Source of the DNA: an uncultured Nitrospiraceae bacterium
GTDB taxonomy: Bacteria > Nitrospirota > Nitrospiria > Nitrospirales > Nitrospiraceae
Direction: 5' to 3'
Assembly: GCA_963730935.1 (NCBI GenBank)
Contig: CAVSTP010000003.1
Span: forward strand, 32,001-96,000
DNA length: 64,000 bases
Part shown: positions 9,739 through 19,658 of the stretch, in pieces
Layout of the letters: every line of letters starts with the position of its first letter
How positions within the stretch are numbered: position 1 is the first letter of the stretch
Position numbers and translations under genes: made by a program
The notes under the pieces: generated by a model
The model's database searches: none
Told to the model about the DNA's origin: nothing
The model's input: only the letters and a program-made list of their open reading frames with translations

Positions 9739-10462
9739 CAAAAACAAAATCTAACTCCCAATTGACTGTTAAAGTCTCAGTCTCCTTATTCAGTCCGAGA
9801 ATGTCCTCCACTTGAGACAATAAATTCTGCTTCGAAATGTTCGATAAGCCAAAAAACTTGCTCATCCAATTGAAGAGAACGTCTTCGTTCGCAAATACCC
9901 AAGGGCAAACTATCGTTTCTCGCTTGATGGTTGTGTATCCGGCAAGAGCGGCTACGCTGACAAAGTCTTCTTTTAAATAGTTTCCGGTGTGACCGGTTCC
10001 CGTATAATTGCCGACGAATTGATCGAGAAAGCGACTTGTGCGAGAGTTCTCTTTTACCTCGGACATGAGCAACCGCCCATGTGTTTTCAGTACTCTCCTT
10101 GTTGCGACAAGAAATTGTAGTTGTTCTGCATTGTCAAGATGATGAATGCCTGCAATGGTCAGAACTATATCAAAATACGCACTGGGAATATTTTTGAGAT
10201 TGTAGTCTGTCTTTACGATATTCCAGTTTTTCAAAGATTCTGGAACAACGAAATCAGCCAGCGTTATCTCCATGTTCGGGACAGATTGAATTTGCGTAAG
10301 CAAATTGCCTTCGAATGGTACGTTTAAAACTGTTTGGGTGCCCTGGAGATTCATCACATCGAATAAAGGCTTAATTTCCGTTGCGCGCGGGGAATTATCG
10401 TCCGCATACGCGTGAAGGAGCGCGCTGCCTTTACCAAAGCGATCTATGTAACTCGTGGGCAT
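9728..10462 (-). CDS. Class I SAM-dependent methyltransferase-like protein
   Basis: FDIVLTIAGIHHL, RRVLK..GRL; degenerate motif I; AT-rich. Confidence 0.7.
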   Translation of the reverse strand: MPTSYIDRFGKGSALLHAYADDNSPRATEIKPLFDVMNLQGTQTVLNVPFEGNLLTQIQSVPNMEITLADFVVPESLKNWNIVKTDYNLKNIPSAYFDIVLTIAGIHHLDNAEQLQFLVATRRVLKTHGRLLMSEVKENSRTSRFLDQFVGNYTGTGHTGNYLKEDFVSVAALAGYTTIKRETIVCPWVFANEDVLFNWMSKFFGLSNISKQNLLSQVEDILGLNKETETLTVNWELDFVFAKN

Positions 10463-10835
10463 GCTAGGTTCTCCCACTGGCCTCTGGCTCTGAAGCTGTC
10501 ACATCCCAAAAACTCGCCCAAGGACAGGCGTTACCGTGTTGGTAGCCATATTGGATCCAGACCCATATTCGAGACAACACCCTAGAAGTGGGGTAGTGAG
10601 AGCACGCTCCTATGACCAATCGGCTTCGGCAAAGCCGTCGCAGATACCTTATCGCATTGTTTCGCCGCCAATAGTGCCCTACAGAAGAGGGGATAGCTGA
10701 ACCTGCGGGTTGACGTTGCAAATCGAGAGGATGTCCATACGGCTGCCAGGTGAGGGAAGATGCTGTATGCCGGTGCTCTGTCCGAGCGAGGCTGGCACGG
10801 ATACCATGTCTGAAAACTTATAAGAGGAGGAATCC

Positions 10836-11240
10836 ATGCATCGGAGTTGCGATACATGGCACTATCGACGCTGGTCGGCACACTTCTCATCGGCACGACT
10901 GTCGCTAGCGCGGCAGGCGAAACAGAGGATCTTCCTACAGGACATTCGAAGTTCACCAGTGTGGTCACGAAGAAAGCGGGTGCGCTCGTGGTGACGACAC
11001 CGAACGGTGCGACGCATCAGCTCAACGAGAACATGGCGCGACGTCACGGGCAGAAGCCGTTCAAGGCGGGGGATGAAGTGGTCGTGGTGTTGGATGAGAA
11101 CAACTACATCGTCGATATGCATCTCAAAGGGAAGCAAGGAACACATCAACTGGTGACCGGCAAACTCATCCACGTCGGCATGCTAAAAAGGAGATCAAGC
11201 TCCAAACCGATGATGGCGAGAAAGATGTCCACCGAGCCGG
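10836..11240 (+). pseudogene. Frameshifted, truncated exported hypothetical protein
   Basis: RBS-linked ATG 10836 is out of frame with the signal peptide; apparent second shift in the A-run near 11185 (alternate frame reads KEIKLQTDDGEK). Confidence 0.55.
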
Positions 11241-11293
11241 CACCGGCAGTGGGAAGCACTAATCAGAGGTCCGGTACAGAGCGAGAGGTTAAC

Positions 11294-11935
11294 ATGAAGA
11301 TTGCATTGATCGGAGCCACCGGGTTTGTCGGCTCGGCGATTTTGAAAGAAGCCTTGCATCGCGGCCATGAGGTCACGGCCATCGTCCGGCATCCGGAGAA
11401 GGTACAACCTTATCAGAAGCTGCGCCCTGTGAAAGGGGATGTGTATAACGCGGATGACGTGGCCCGGTTGATCACGGGCCATGATGCCGTTATCAGTGCC
11501 TTCAATCCTGGCTGGAGCAACACGGACATTTACAATCTTCAAGTCAAGGGTACCCAGGCCATCATCAGCGGGGTGAAGAAGGCCGGAATCACACGATTGT
11601 TGTTCGTGGGAGGCGCCGGCAGTCTGGAAGTGAAGCTGGGCGTTCAGGCCTTGGACCTGCCGGGATTTCCCGTCGAGTATAAACAAGGGGCGCTCGCAAC
11701 GCGGGAGGCTCTGAACATGCTGCGCAAAGAGTCCAGCCTGGATTGGTCTTTCCTCTCTCCTTCAGCCGACCTTTTCCCCGGCCAGCGCACTGGGAATTTC
11801 CGGCTCGGTACGGACCAACTGTTGAAAGATGAGAACGGCCAAAGCCGCATCTCGACACAGGACTATGCCATGGCCATGATCGATGAAGTCGAGCGGCCCG
11901 CGCATGTCCGTCAACGTTTTACCGTGGGGTATTGA
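11294..11935 (+). CDS. NAD(P)-dependent oxidoreductase (NAD(P)H-binding family)
   Basis: MKIALIGATGFVG Rossmann motif, VGGAGSL, own GAGG RBS. Confidence 0.9.
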   Translation: MKIALIGATGFVGSAILKEALHRGHEVTAIVRHPEKVQPYQKLRPVKGDVYNADDVARLITGHDAVISAFNPGWSNTDIYNLQVKGTQAIISGVKKAGITRLLFVGGAGSLEVKLGVQALDLPGFPVEYKQGALATREALNMLRKESSLDWSFLSPSADLFPGQRTGNFRLGTDQLLKDENGQSRISTQDYAMAMIDEVERPAHVRQRFTVGY

Positions 11936-12062
11936 TCGATTCCTGCAGGGCAGGACACAGTCGATAGGCGTGAGATACCAAAAGGAGGGAGGAACGAGAG
12001 ATCGAATTGAGCTGGGTTATTGTGATGGAGAAGTTGACGTTCAAGAGGCTAAATAACAAGCG

Positions 12063-12347
12063 CTAAGACTTTGGGCTCTCCTCCTCTGGTCCAGACGGAC
12101 CCCAGAGATCGCCTAAGCCTAGGGATTCCCATAAGTCTTTTTCAGACTGAGGAGGGGCGCCCTCAAGAAAGCTGGCTAAGATCTTCGATTTGTAGGCTGC
12201 GGCGTGGGGCCTGCACTTCTTTACCGCATCTGCATATTCCTGTTTCGATATACGCAAGCGTTGAAGGAGAACCCCCTGAGCCAATAAGAGAGCGTGATGA
12301 ACCGAAAGCGTATGGGCCAGCCTCTCAATGAGCTTGCGATTTGTCAT
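12063..12347 (-). CDS. Hypothetical protein
   Basis: GGAGG RBS before ATG; 94 aa. Confidence 0.55.
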   Translation of the reverse strand: MTNRKLIERLAHTLSVHHALLLAQGVLLQRLRISKQEYADAVKKCRPHAAAYKSKILASFLEGAPPQSEKDLWESLGLGDLWGPSGPEEESPKS

Positions 12348-12564
12348 GAGTGAACCTCCTTCGGAAATGATGTTCCCAAATCCCCATGAATCAGACAGAA
12401 ATTATAGGTCCAAAATTACAGGGCAACAGCGGCCGAACCAAACTAGCCAATTCAATACCTGCGTTCTCCGCTTGCACCTTAATCCTTACGGGGCTTAGAA
12501 TACACTATCTGCGAATAAGTGCGTAAATGGCTATTGTTGTAGAGATGATAAGGAGTCGAGGATT

Positions 12565-12912
12565 ATGGCTTTACTAATTACAGCTGAATGTATCAACTGC
12601 GGAGCCTGCCTGCCAGAATGCCCGAATGAGGCAATCTTCGAAAAGCGCAGTGACGCGGAGGAAAAAGGAAACCATGTGGGCGACGGCCAGGGCCCGGGAG
12701 ACGATATTTACGTCATTACGCATGACCGGTGCACAGAGTGTGTCGGACATTTTGACGAGCCTCAATGTACAGCGGTTTGCCCGGTCGATAATTGTTGTAT
12801 CTCTGATCCAGCCTATCCGGAGCCGACCGATGTTTTGCTAGAGAAAGCAAAGAAGCTCAATCCTGACAAGACCATCGACCCGGCAAAAGTTTGGAGCGGT
12901 GTACGGAACTAA
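12565..12912 (+). CDS. YfhL-family 2[4Fe-4S] ferredoxin
   Basis: CINCGACLPECPNEAI and CTECVGHFDEPQC..VCPV. Confidence 0.92.
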   Translation: MALLITAECINCGACLPECPNEAIFEKRSDAEEKGNHVGDGQGPGDDIYVITHDRCTECVGHFDEPQCTAVCPVDNCCISDPAYPEPTDVLLEKAKKLNPDKTIDPAKVWSGVRN

Positions 12913-13066
12913 TCGGTTCACCTTTGAAGAACTGCGAAACATCTTAACACGCCTACCTAGGGGTCTAATTCGTTAAGCTGTTGAAAGGAAACCGCAGCTC
13001 GTCCTTCTATCCGCTCGCTGGCTCGCCACACTTGTTGCTCACCCGTCCTGAAAGGAAACTCGAGAG

Positions 13067-13789
13067 ATGATTTCAGAACTCAGAACGATGGGGGTGCGAG
13101 CCCATTTACAGCAAAGTGCCGGGTTGGCGCTAACGAGGAGAACGCAGCGCCTAATTCGCCGCGCATGCCTTGCGACGGTGTTGTTAATGTCGATCGCCAC
13201 CGTGGCTCAGCCGGTTCACGCAGCAAGCGGAGGTCAAACGAAGTTCCAGCGCGTGTCGACGCAGTTCATCGCGGCGTTGGGCGATCCAGGGGCGACCTCC
13301 GGGAGCGGCGCGCAATCCTGGGGTCTGTGGCCTCTGGACCCGGGTCCTCGGGGGGTCGAGTTGAACAGCTATAAACGGTTGAAGGATGCAGGTGGCGTCG
13401 CCCCGGCGCGATGGAAATTCGACGGCACGGATTGGTGGCTGGAGGAACATGGCTTGATCATGGAGCAGCCGACCTTTCCACTCCCTCCCGGCAAATACTT
13501 GGTCACGGGCGCCCGCGACGTGACGGCTGTACTGACCATTCATCCCCCCGACAAGAATGGCGCCAGGCGCTGGGAACTCGATAAGGGCGCGACGCTCTAC
13601 GACGTGACGCACCTGGCCTGCCGCTCCGCGCGCTATACACCGGCTGCGGTTGGTGGTTTGTGCTCTCCGGCAAACGCGCAGAAGACTGCGTTTCCAGTTG
13701 CGCCAGGGGGAACGATGCCTCCGGTCGAAGGCTGCACGAAGCAGGACTATGCGGTCCTAATCGTGATCGGCGTGGGCGTGGAAGACTGA
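13067..13789 (+). CDS. Exported hypothetical protein
   Basis: Signal-like segment; W/P/C-rich body; start uncertain. Confidence 0.7.
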   Translation: MISELRTMGVRAHLQQSAGLALTRRTQRLIRRACLATVLLMSIATVAQPVHAASGGQTKFQRVSTQFIAALGDPGATSGSGAQSWGLWPLDPGPRGVELNSYKRLKDAGGVAPARWKFDGTDWWLEEHGLIMEQPTFPLPPGKYLVTGARDVTAVLTIHPPDKNGARRWELDKGATLYDVTHLACRSARYTPAAVGGLCSPANAQKTAFPVAPGGTMPPVEGCTKQDYAVLIVIGVGVED

Positions 13790-14292
13790 ACGCCGGTGAG
13801 GACGGACTACAAGGAACGCGACAAGGCCCTCACGGACAACACGACCAGATTAAACACATGGGCAGGGGATCTCTCTGAAACGTCGCTTGCTGTGTTGTTT
13901 CCACCTGAGGCGTGGTCTTTTTACGACTGCATTCGTGGCAAGAACGACATACACAGCTTCGAAAATTGTGTAGTCCCGCCCTTCGTAAGCCCGTCTATAT
14001 GACATTTTCCGTTTCAGACCATTCGTGGTACTGCGTTTGCTAAGTAATTATCTTAGTTTCCTTATTCTTATATCCAGAGAGGCTCTGATGTATCAGTTCC
14101 GAAGACAGGATACCGCATTGCAGGCAGCAAGACTTCTGGCGGTGTACGAGAGAGCACCAGTTCTAGTGATGGCTCGCGGTATTATAGCGCTGTATACCAT
14201 CGGTCCTTTAAATAATGCGGCCGTTCATAAGGCCGGTCAACATATGGCTACGGTCTATCGTTCTGGGCGTGTCGACTATATGGGGTAACGTG

Positions 14293-14838
14293 ATGTCCGT
14301 TCCCTTGTTGCTCTCACAAGTCAAAGAGCGAAAAACTCAAGGACGAACTCGGGTCGCTGCGCTGGTGAGCATGGCTCTTCTCACCTCCATGTTCTGGTTC
14401 CCTGCACCAACAGTAACTGCTTCCGAACCGCAAGATGTTTCACGTCATTTGTATGATCGTGTGATGGTCGAATTCAAGCAGGGCGACTATGAAGCGGCAT
14501 TGGCTGGCTTCAGGTTGTTTATCGAATTACATCGGAGATCCGCCTTGGCAGCGAACGCACAGTATTGGATTGGCGAATGCGAATACAGGCTGGGTCGCTA
14601 TAAAGCTGCCCTCAATTCTTTTTCCAATGTGAGCTCATATGACGCCCTGAGTCCCAAACTGGCTGCTTCGGCGTTTAAGATTGGGCAGATGTATTCTATG
14701 CTCGGCGATTACTATAGGGCACGCCTGACGTTCGATGAGGTTCTCGATCATTACCCTGGAGGCGCGGAAGCTGAGCTCGCTCGGAAGGCGATTCATAGCA
14801 TGAGCCTCCAGAGTGATTCCAAGCCTCGACGTTTTTGA
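14293..14838 (+). CDS. TPR protein, YbgF/CpoB-like
   Basis: GDYEAA..F, LAANAQYWIGECEY, V...YP...EA..A. Confidence 0.8.
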   Translation: MSVPLLLSQVKERKTQGRTRVAALVSMALLTSMFWFPAPTVTASEPQDVSRHLYDRVMVEFKQGDYEAALAGFRLFIELHRRSALAANAQYWIGECEYRLGRYKAALNSFSNVSSYDALSPKLAASAFKIGQMYSMLGDYYRARLTFDEVLDHYPGGAEAELARKAIHSMSLQSDSKPRRF

Positions 14839-15004
14839 AAAACGTCACGCAGCACAAAGATCATCCTCCCTGCAGCCCTCCATCGGGAAGGATGGGCTGA
14901 AGGATGCAACCTATTTTGACTACTTCGTCACAGCCGGTTGGACCGACGTGGGCTGCACGGGCGCGGCCGAGCCTCTGCATGGTCCGTTGCCGTTCGTCCT
15001 CTTC

Positions 15005-15241
15005 TCAGAGGTCGGCGTTGATGTCGAAGAACGCGTCGACGCTTTCGAGCAGTCGCGCTTTGATTTCGTCCGGCGTGCCGTTAATGACGTGTAACGTCAT
15101 GTTTCCTTCCGATCCATCCGGCAGTGTCACGGACACATGCGGATGCGCCAGTTCGGGAGCGGTACCCTTATCCAGCCGCATGCCATAGCCCAGCGTATAT
15201 TGCGAATTGACGGGCGTAAGAGGTTCTGTGTGATTGGCCAT
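15005..15241 (-). CDS. Small hypothetical protein
   Basis: AAGGAG RBS; co-oriented downstream of iscU. Confidence 0.7.
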   Translation of the reverse strand: MANHTEPLTPVNSQYTLGYGMRLDKGTAPELAHPHVSVTLPDGSEGNMTLHVINGTPDEIKARLLESVDAFFDINADL

Positions 15242-15268
15242 GATGCTCCTTTTGCAATGGCATTGTGT

Positions 15269-15655
15269 TCAGACGGGTAACAACACGTTCTTTTCATAGT
15301 TTGCCAAGGCCATTTTGATCGCATCCTCGGCCAGTACCGAGCAATGAATCTTGACGGGCGGCAGATTCAGTTCCTGCACGATGTCGGTGTTCTTGATCTT
15401 GCCCGCTTCCTGGATTGTTTTCCCTTTCAGCCATTCCGTGGAGAGGCTCGAACTGGCGATGGCGGAGCCGCACCCGAAGGTTTTGAACTTCGCATCTACG
15501 ATCGTGCCGTTCTCCACTTTGATCTGCAGCTTCATGACGTCGCCGCACTCGGGCGCGCCGACGATACCCGTCCCCACTCCAGCCTCGTCCTTCTTAAAAC
15601 TTCCCATGTTGCGTGGGTTGTTGAAATGGTCCACCACTTTGTCGCTGTATGCCAT
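15269..15655 (-). CDS. iscU: Fe-S cluster scaffold IscU
   Basis: MAYSDKVVDHF.NPRN, GAPECGD, FKTFGCGSAIASSS, LPPVKIHC. Confidence 0.97.
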   Translation of the reverse strand: MAYSDKVVDHFNNPRNMGSFKKDEAGVGTGIVGAPECGDVMKLQIKVENGTIVDAKFKTFGCGSAIASSSLSTEWLKGKTIQEAGKIKNTDIVQELNLPPVKIHCSVLAEDAIKMALANYEKNVLLPV

Positions 15656-15860
15656 GTTCCGACCCTCCTCCAATCTAAACCGTGGAAGTGAGAAAGTGAG
15701 TCGCTGGTGGATCGGGTCCGGCTCATGCCGTTCCGATCACCGCCAGCGCTGCGTCGCTCATGCACGCGGCGAGCTTGTATCGACCGTCTTCGGCGGTCTT
15801 GTCGTCCGCCCATCCGACGCCTTGCTTTCTGCTCTGTTAGCCGCAATCGCGACGGTGAAC

Positions 15861-16766
15861 CTACGCCTCTTGCAACACCGCCGCCTTCGCGGCTGCCTTC
15901 TTTTCTTTCGCTTTGGCGGCGAGGTCCGCCAACAGCGCCTTCGCGGGCTCGCTCACGTATTCCTTAAACGCAAACCGCTCGTTCGGTTTTTCGGAATCCC
16001 GCATTTCCTGCAGGCCTTCCATGCTGTCCTTACCGATCTCGAGGATGCATGGCGTATAGAGCTGGACGTAGGTCGGGCCGATTTCCCTTGCGATCAAGAC
16101 CGCATTGCGGATGACTTTCTCGACGACCGAGGGCTTGCTCACCGTACAATTCACGATGTAGTGACACCCGGACTCCCGCGCGATCTCAGGGAGGCGGACT
16201 TTATCGAAAAGTTTTCCGACGGGGGCCATTTTGGCTACGAATCCCTTCTGCATCAGGCCGCTTTCCTGCCCACCGGTGTTGGCGTACAACTCGTTGTCGA
16301 AGCAAATGGTCGTAAACTTTTCCTGGCGGAACCAGGCTTGGAGCGTCATGTCCAGGCCGATGTCCACGGTCGCGCCGTCTCCCGCCAGCACGACCACATC
16401 CTTGATGCGATTCGGAAAACGGACCGTCAAGGCCCGCTTCAGTCCGGAGGCCACCGCGTTCTGGTTGCCGAACAATGAATGGATATTGTGGATGGCGACA
16501 TGCGGAAAGACCAGGCTGGTGCAGCCCGTCGACCCGACCATGACCGTGTCTTCCGGGTTGGGAAGCGCGGCGAGGACATAGCGAAACGCCATGGACTCGG
16601 GACATCCGGCACAGAGCGAGTGCTGTTCAATGAGTTCCTTCGAGGTGCCGATATCTTTCCATCCCCGCTCTTCCTTGCCGTAGGTGGCATGGTTGACGAG
16701 GTCTTGATAATCCAACGGCATGATGTCGTAAAGATCCGGCGATATGGCAATGCGTTCCTTGCTCAT
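15861..16766 (-). CDS. forB: 2-oxoacid:ferredoxin oxidoreductase beta subunit (ForB-like, TPP-binding)
   Basis: LCAGC, STGC, GDG...DIG, DNE.YANTGGQ, PC; ForB versus PorB assigned from recalled similarity only. Confidence 0.8.
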   Translation of the reverse strand: MSKERIAISPDLYDIMPLDYQDLVNHATYGKEERGWKDIGTSKELIEQHSLCAGCPESMAFRYVLAALPNPEDTVMVGSTGCTSLVFPHVAIHNIHSLFGNQNAVASGLKRALTVRFPNRIKDVVVLAGDGATVDIGLDMTLQAWFRQEKFTTICFDNELYANTGGQESGLMQKGFVAKMAPVGKLFDKVRLPEIARESGCHYIVNCTVSKPSVVEKVIRNAVLIAREIGPTYVQLYTPCILEIGKDSMEGLQEMRDSEKPNERFAFKEYVSEPAKALLADLAAKAKEKKAAAKAAVLQEA

Positions 16767-16827
16767 GTTGTCTTCTCCTTCTAGTAGTCCGACTGCGCCA
16801 TTGCTGTGGCGATTGTACGAATGTGCT

Positions 16828-16986
16828 CTACCGCGACAGCATGTATGCCGCCACAAGTGCTCCTGACATGCACGCCATGAAGGCTGCCAGCCAGAGTTCC
16901 GGTGCCATGTGACGAAAAAAATCCATCTGCGACAACCTCGATCGACTCGCGTGCCGAAGGCACCTGTCCTCGCCAGAGGATGGCAT
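16828..16986 (-). CDS. Small membrane protein between the leader motif and forB
   Basis: GAGGAGGAGG RBS, 52 aa, hydrophobic C-terminus. Confidence 0.5.
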   Translation of the reverse strand: MPSSGEDRCLRHASRSRLSQMDFFRHMAPELWLAAFMACMSGALVAAYMLSR

Positions 16987-17040
16987 GCGCCTCCTCCTCA
17001 GGCGAAAGAACAGCACGCGTCTTGAAACAATTCGGCGTAG

Positions 17041-17125
17041 AAGCGGCGGAGACCAGGAAATCAGTCGCGCAGGAGGGAAGATAAACGCGCGAGGGATAGG
17101 ACAGTCGGCGTGGCTCAATACGTCA
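17041..17125 (-). ncRNA. Conserved hairpin leader motif, copy 1
   Basis: gagccacgccgactgtcctatccctcgcgc-loop-gcgcgactgatttcctggtctccgccgctt, starting 7 nt after a TAGCGT -10. Confidence 0.7.
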
Positions 17126-17132
17126 TAGGTTC

Positions 17133-17269
17133 ACGCTAAGCGCTATAGACACAGGAGTCAAGCGCTATAAAGGGTAACTTGGAATAGGAGAATTCAACGA
17201 TTCTATGGGTCGACTATCCTGGGCCTCTATTATATAGCGCTTGACTCCCTGGCCCATTGCGCCCAAGGT
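17133..17269. promoter_or_regulatory. Back-to-back sigma70-like promoters sharing an inverted 16-bp TATAGCGCTTGACTCC element
   Basis: TTGACT-N17-TAGCGT (minus) and TTGACT-N17-CAAGGT (plus); perfect inverted repeat 17154-17169 / 17233-17248. Confidence 0.75.
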
Positions 17270-17274
17270 TGTGC

Positions 17275-17356
17275 TGACGTGTAAGCTCCGTTGACTGTCC
17301 TATCCTCCCGCTTCCTCCTGCTTCCCAGCGAGACCGATTCCCCAGTCTCCGCCGTC
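17275..17356 (+). ncRNA. Conserved hairpin leader motif, copy 2
   Basis: gactgtcctatcctcccgct-loop-agcgagaccgattccccagtctccgccg. Confidence 0.7.
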
Positions 17357-17485
17357 TTTGCACACCGGTGCCCTGACTCGTTTGCCTGTCCGGTGTTCTG
17401 ATCCGCTGATGGAGGCGGTAAGGCTCCGGCCACTGCGTCAGAGGCTGTGCGATTTACGCTCGCATTCCATAGAGAGGAGTGAACC

Positions 17486-17653
17486 ATGCTCTACTATGCA
17501 CTGATCTTTCTGACAGTCGGTCTGATCACCGGCTCCTTGAATTACACCGGAATGGTTTCGTTAGCGGTCGAGATTCCGTTGGTGCTGTCATTGATCGGGA
17601 TCGTGTTGGTTGCGACATATCTGTTCAACGGACGCACCGCGCGGATTGCGTGA
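17486..17653 (+). CDS. DUF1328 (UPF0391) small membrane protein
   Basis: MLYYALIFLTVGLITGSLNYTG, two TM helices, GAGGAG RBS; below the ORF-track length cutoff. Confidence 0.8.
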   Translation: MLYYALIFLTVGLITGSLNYTGMVSLAVEIPLVLSLIGIVLVATYLFNGRTARIA

Positions 17654-17732
17654 TGGGAAGTGTTTCTCAGGTCAATACTTGCACAGCAGTCCATTACACC
17701 ATGAACCACATGGCAACGTGAGGAGGTGCACG

Positions 17733-17969
17733 ATGGTTAGGGAAAAGGTTTCGAACCCAACAACGCCGGGATCGGCCGGCACATCCAGAGGCGGTCAGGA
17801 GGAGGAACAGTCGGGTCCGCCTTTCCAGATATCGAAGGCCGGATGGGATTACGAGCGCATTGCGCGGCGGGCCTACGAACTGTACCTGCAGAGAGGGCAG
17901 CAGGAAGGCGGGGAATTGGAAGATTGGGTGAAGGCAGAGCAGCAACTGGCCGGCGAAGCCGGCAAGTAA
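17733..17969 (+). CDS. DUF2934 domain protein
   Basis: IARRAYELYLQRG..EG..LEDW.KAEQQL; AGGAGG RBS. Confidence 0.88.
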   Translation: MVREKVSNPTTPGSAGTSRGGQEEEQSGPPFQISKAGWDYERIARRAYELYLQRGQQEGGELEDWVKAEQQLAGEAGK

Positions 17970-18024
17970 TCATATGAAGCGGTGATCGAATGGGAACTCC
18001 ATTCGACCCTAAAGGAGACGAGCC

Positions 18025-18504
18025 ATGAACACATTATTACGGTGGGACCCTACTAGAACTCGATGGAACCTTTTCAAAGATCACGATCGAGATGAATTGG
18101 AAAGCCGGTTGGCGGCGCTGCTTGCGACCAGGGAGCCGACGGGAAACGGGGCGAAAGAGGCCCTCACGGTTGCCCAGTGGTCGCCGCTGGTGGACATCAC
18201 GGAGGATGACAAGGAATACCTCATCAAAGCCGAGTTGCCGGACATGAAGAAAGAGGACGTGCGGCTCACAGTGGAAAATGGCGTCCTAGCGATCTCCGGC
18301 GAGCGGAAATTCGAGAAGGAAGAAAACGGCAGGAAATATCACCGCATCGAACGCGCCTACGGGAGCTTCGTGCGCAGCTTTTCCCTTTCGGAGGATGCGG
18401 ATGGGAGCAACGTGACCGCCAATTTCAAGGACGGCGTGCTCCAGGTGCATCTTCCCAAATCAGTCAAGGCGAAGCAGAAAACTGTGGAGATCAAGATTGG
18501 CTAG
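18025..18504 (+). CDS. Hsp20/alpha-crystallin small heat-shock protein
   Basis: W.PLVDI.E, AELP, ISGER, RIERAYGSFVRSF.L, A.FKDGVL...LPK. Confidence 0.96.
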   Translation: MNTLLRWDPTRTRWNLFKDHDRDELESRLAALLATREPTGNGAKEALTVAQWSPLVDITEDDKEYLIKAELPDMKKEDVRLTVENGVLAISGERKFEKEENGRKYHRIERAYGSFVRSFSLSEDADGSNVTANFKDGVLQVHLPKSVKAKQKTVEIKIG

Positions 18505-18640
18505 TATTGCTGATTGGGGGCGTCGGAGAAGGCTTCGTACGCACATGCGACGATGGAGTCTTGCTGACGCTCCGCGCAGGGCCGACTGATGGATATTCAG
18601 AAGAACTGAGGCGTGGTAGTCGCCTCCGGAGGTCTTTTTC

Positions 18641-19171
18641 ATGATCATGCTTCTTACGCATCAAGAAGAACTCAGACGTCAACTTGCACATGCCTTGCAT
18701 GTGAGGGGCCATGAAGTGGCCATTCCGCGGCATCGAGAGGACATGCTCACGGTCCTGAAGGATTCACAGCCCGAACTGGTAATTTTGGACCTGTATTTAT
18801 CGGATCGCAGTGGTGCGGAAAATTTGAGACTCATACATGACCACGAGTATGCCGGGGCCATGCTGGTATTGTCGGGGCCCTCTATGATGCCTATTGTGAA
18901 GGTCGTGTATGCCAGCGGCCTCCGAGTGACCCGCGTGGTCCAGACGCCAGACAATATAAACGGACAATATGATTTAGGGAATCTAGAATCCAACATCCAG
19001 ACGCTGTTAGACGAAGTGGGAAACCGGAAGAGGTGCCATGCGTCAATTGCACAGCGGGCGTATGAGCTTTATGAGACTGAGGGGCGTCAGGAAGGCCGCA
19101 ACTTCCAGAACTGGCTGCGAGCGGAGCAAGAGCTTTCGGGAAGTCTCGGTACGAGAACAAGTGTGCGGTAG
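18641..19171 (+). CDS. Atypical receiver domain fused to DUF2934
   Basis: PELVILDLYL receiver core; C-terminal IAQRAYELYE.EGRQEG...NWLRAEQEL. Confidence 0.8.
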   Translation: MIMLLTHQEELRRQLAHALHVRGHEVAIPRHREDMLTVLKDSQPELVILDLYLSDRSGAENLRLIHDHEYAGAMLVLSGPSMMPIVKVVYASGLRVTRVVQTPDNINGQYDLGNLESNIQTLLDEVGNRKRCHASIAQRAYELYETEGRQEGRNFQNWLRAEQELSGSLGTRTSVR

Positions 19172-19217
19172 ACGATACCGGCACGAACGTGTGATCAAAT
19201 ACAGAGTAAAGGACCCC

Positions 19218-19562
19218 ATGGATCTTGTCCTCTTCACCAGAAACCGGCTGAAGCAGCTCCGTCTGAGTCCGCGAGATCGCGCGCGTGCGTCTAGCATGGC
19301 AGAATCGTATATGGCAGACTTGTGGGAACCGAAGGGTCTTCAAACGGCATCGACGCGAACTCACGTCCATGATCAGCTTGAACGAGTCCTGCAATTGCCG
19401 CATGGACAATTGGCAAAGCTCGCCGACCTGCAGCGTCGGGAACACCTCAAAAAGCGGTTGGAGCACCCCTCTGGTCCATTATTGCATCGACGGCTGGGAT
19501 CTGATGCTCTTCCAACTAAATCAGACGATACATGCGATGTACAAGGATTATCAGGGAAATAG
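19218..19562 (+). pseudogene. Truncated or degenerate XRE-like HTH protein
   Basis: RNRLKQLRL..RD.A.A....ESYMA.L and LAKLADLQRRE.LK, then low-similarity tail. Confidence 0.5.
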
Positions 19563-19658
19563 TGCTGACGGGTCGGCAATTCGAGGACGGAGCGTCTGCA
19601 TGCCACGATGGACACTCCCTCCATTTTCGTATCCTCGTCTGCGTTAATTCTTGCAACT

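Noticed and set aside
15715..15830. Possible gene remnant (…WADDKTAEDGRYKLAACMS…) between forB and iscU
   Set aside because: Cannot be assigned to any family by eye; no start codon or RBS
15351..16478. 375-aa plus-strand ORF
   Set aside because: Antisense shadow of iscU and forB
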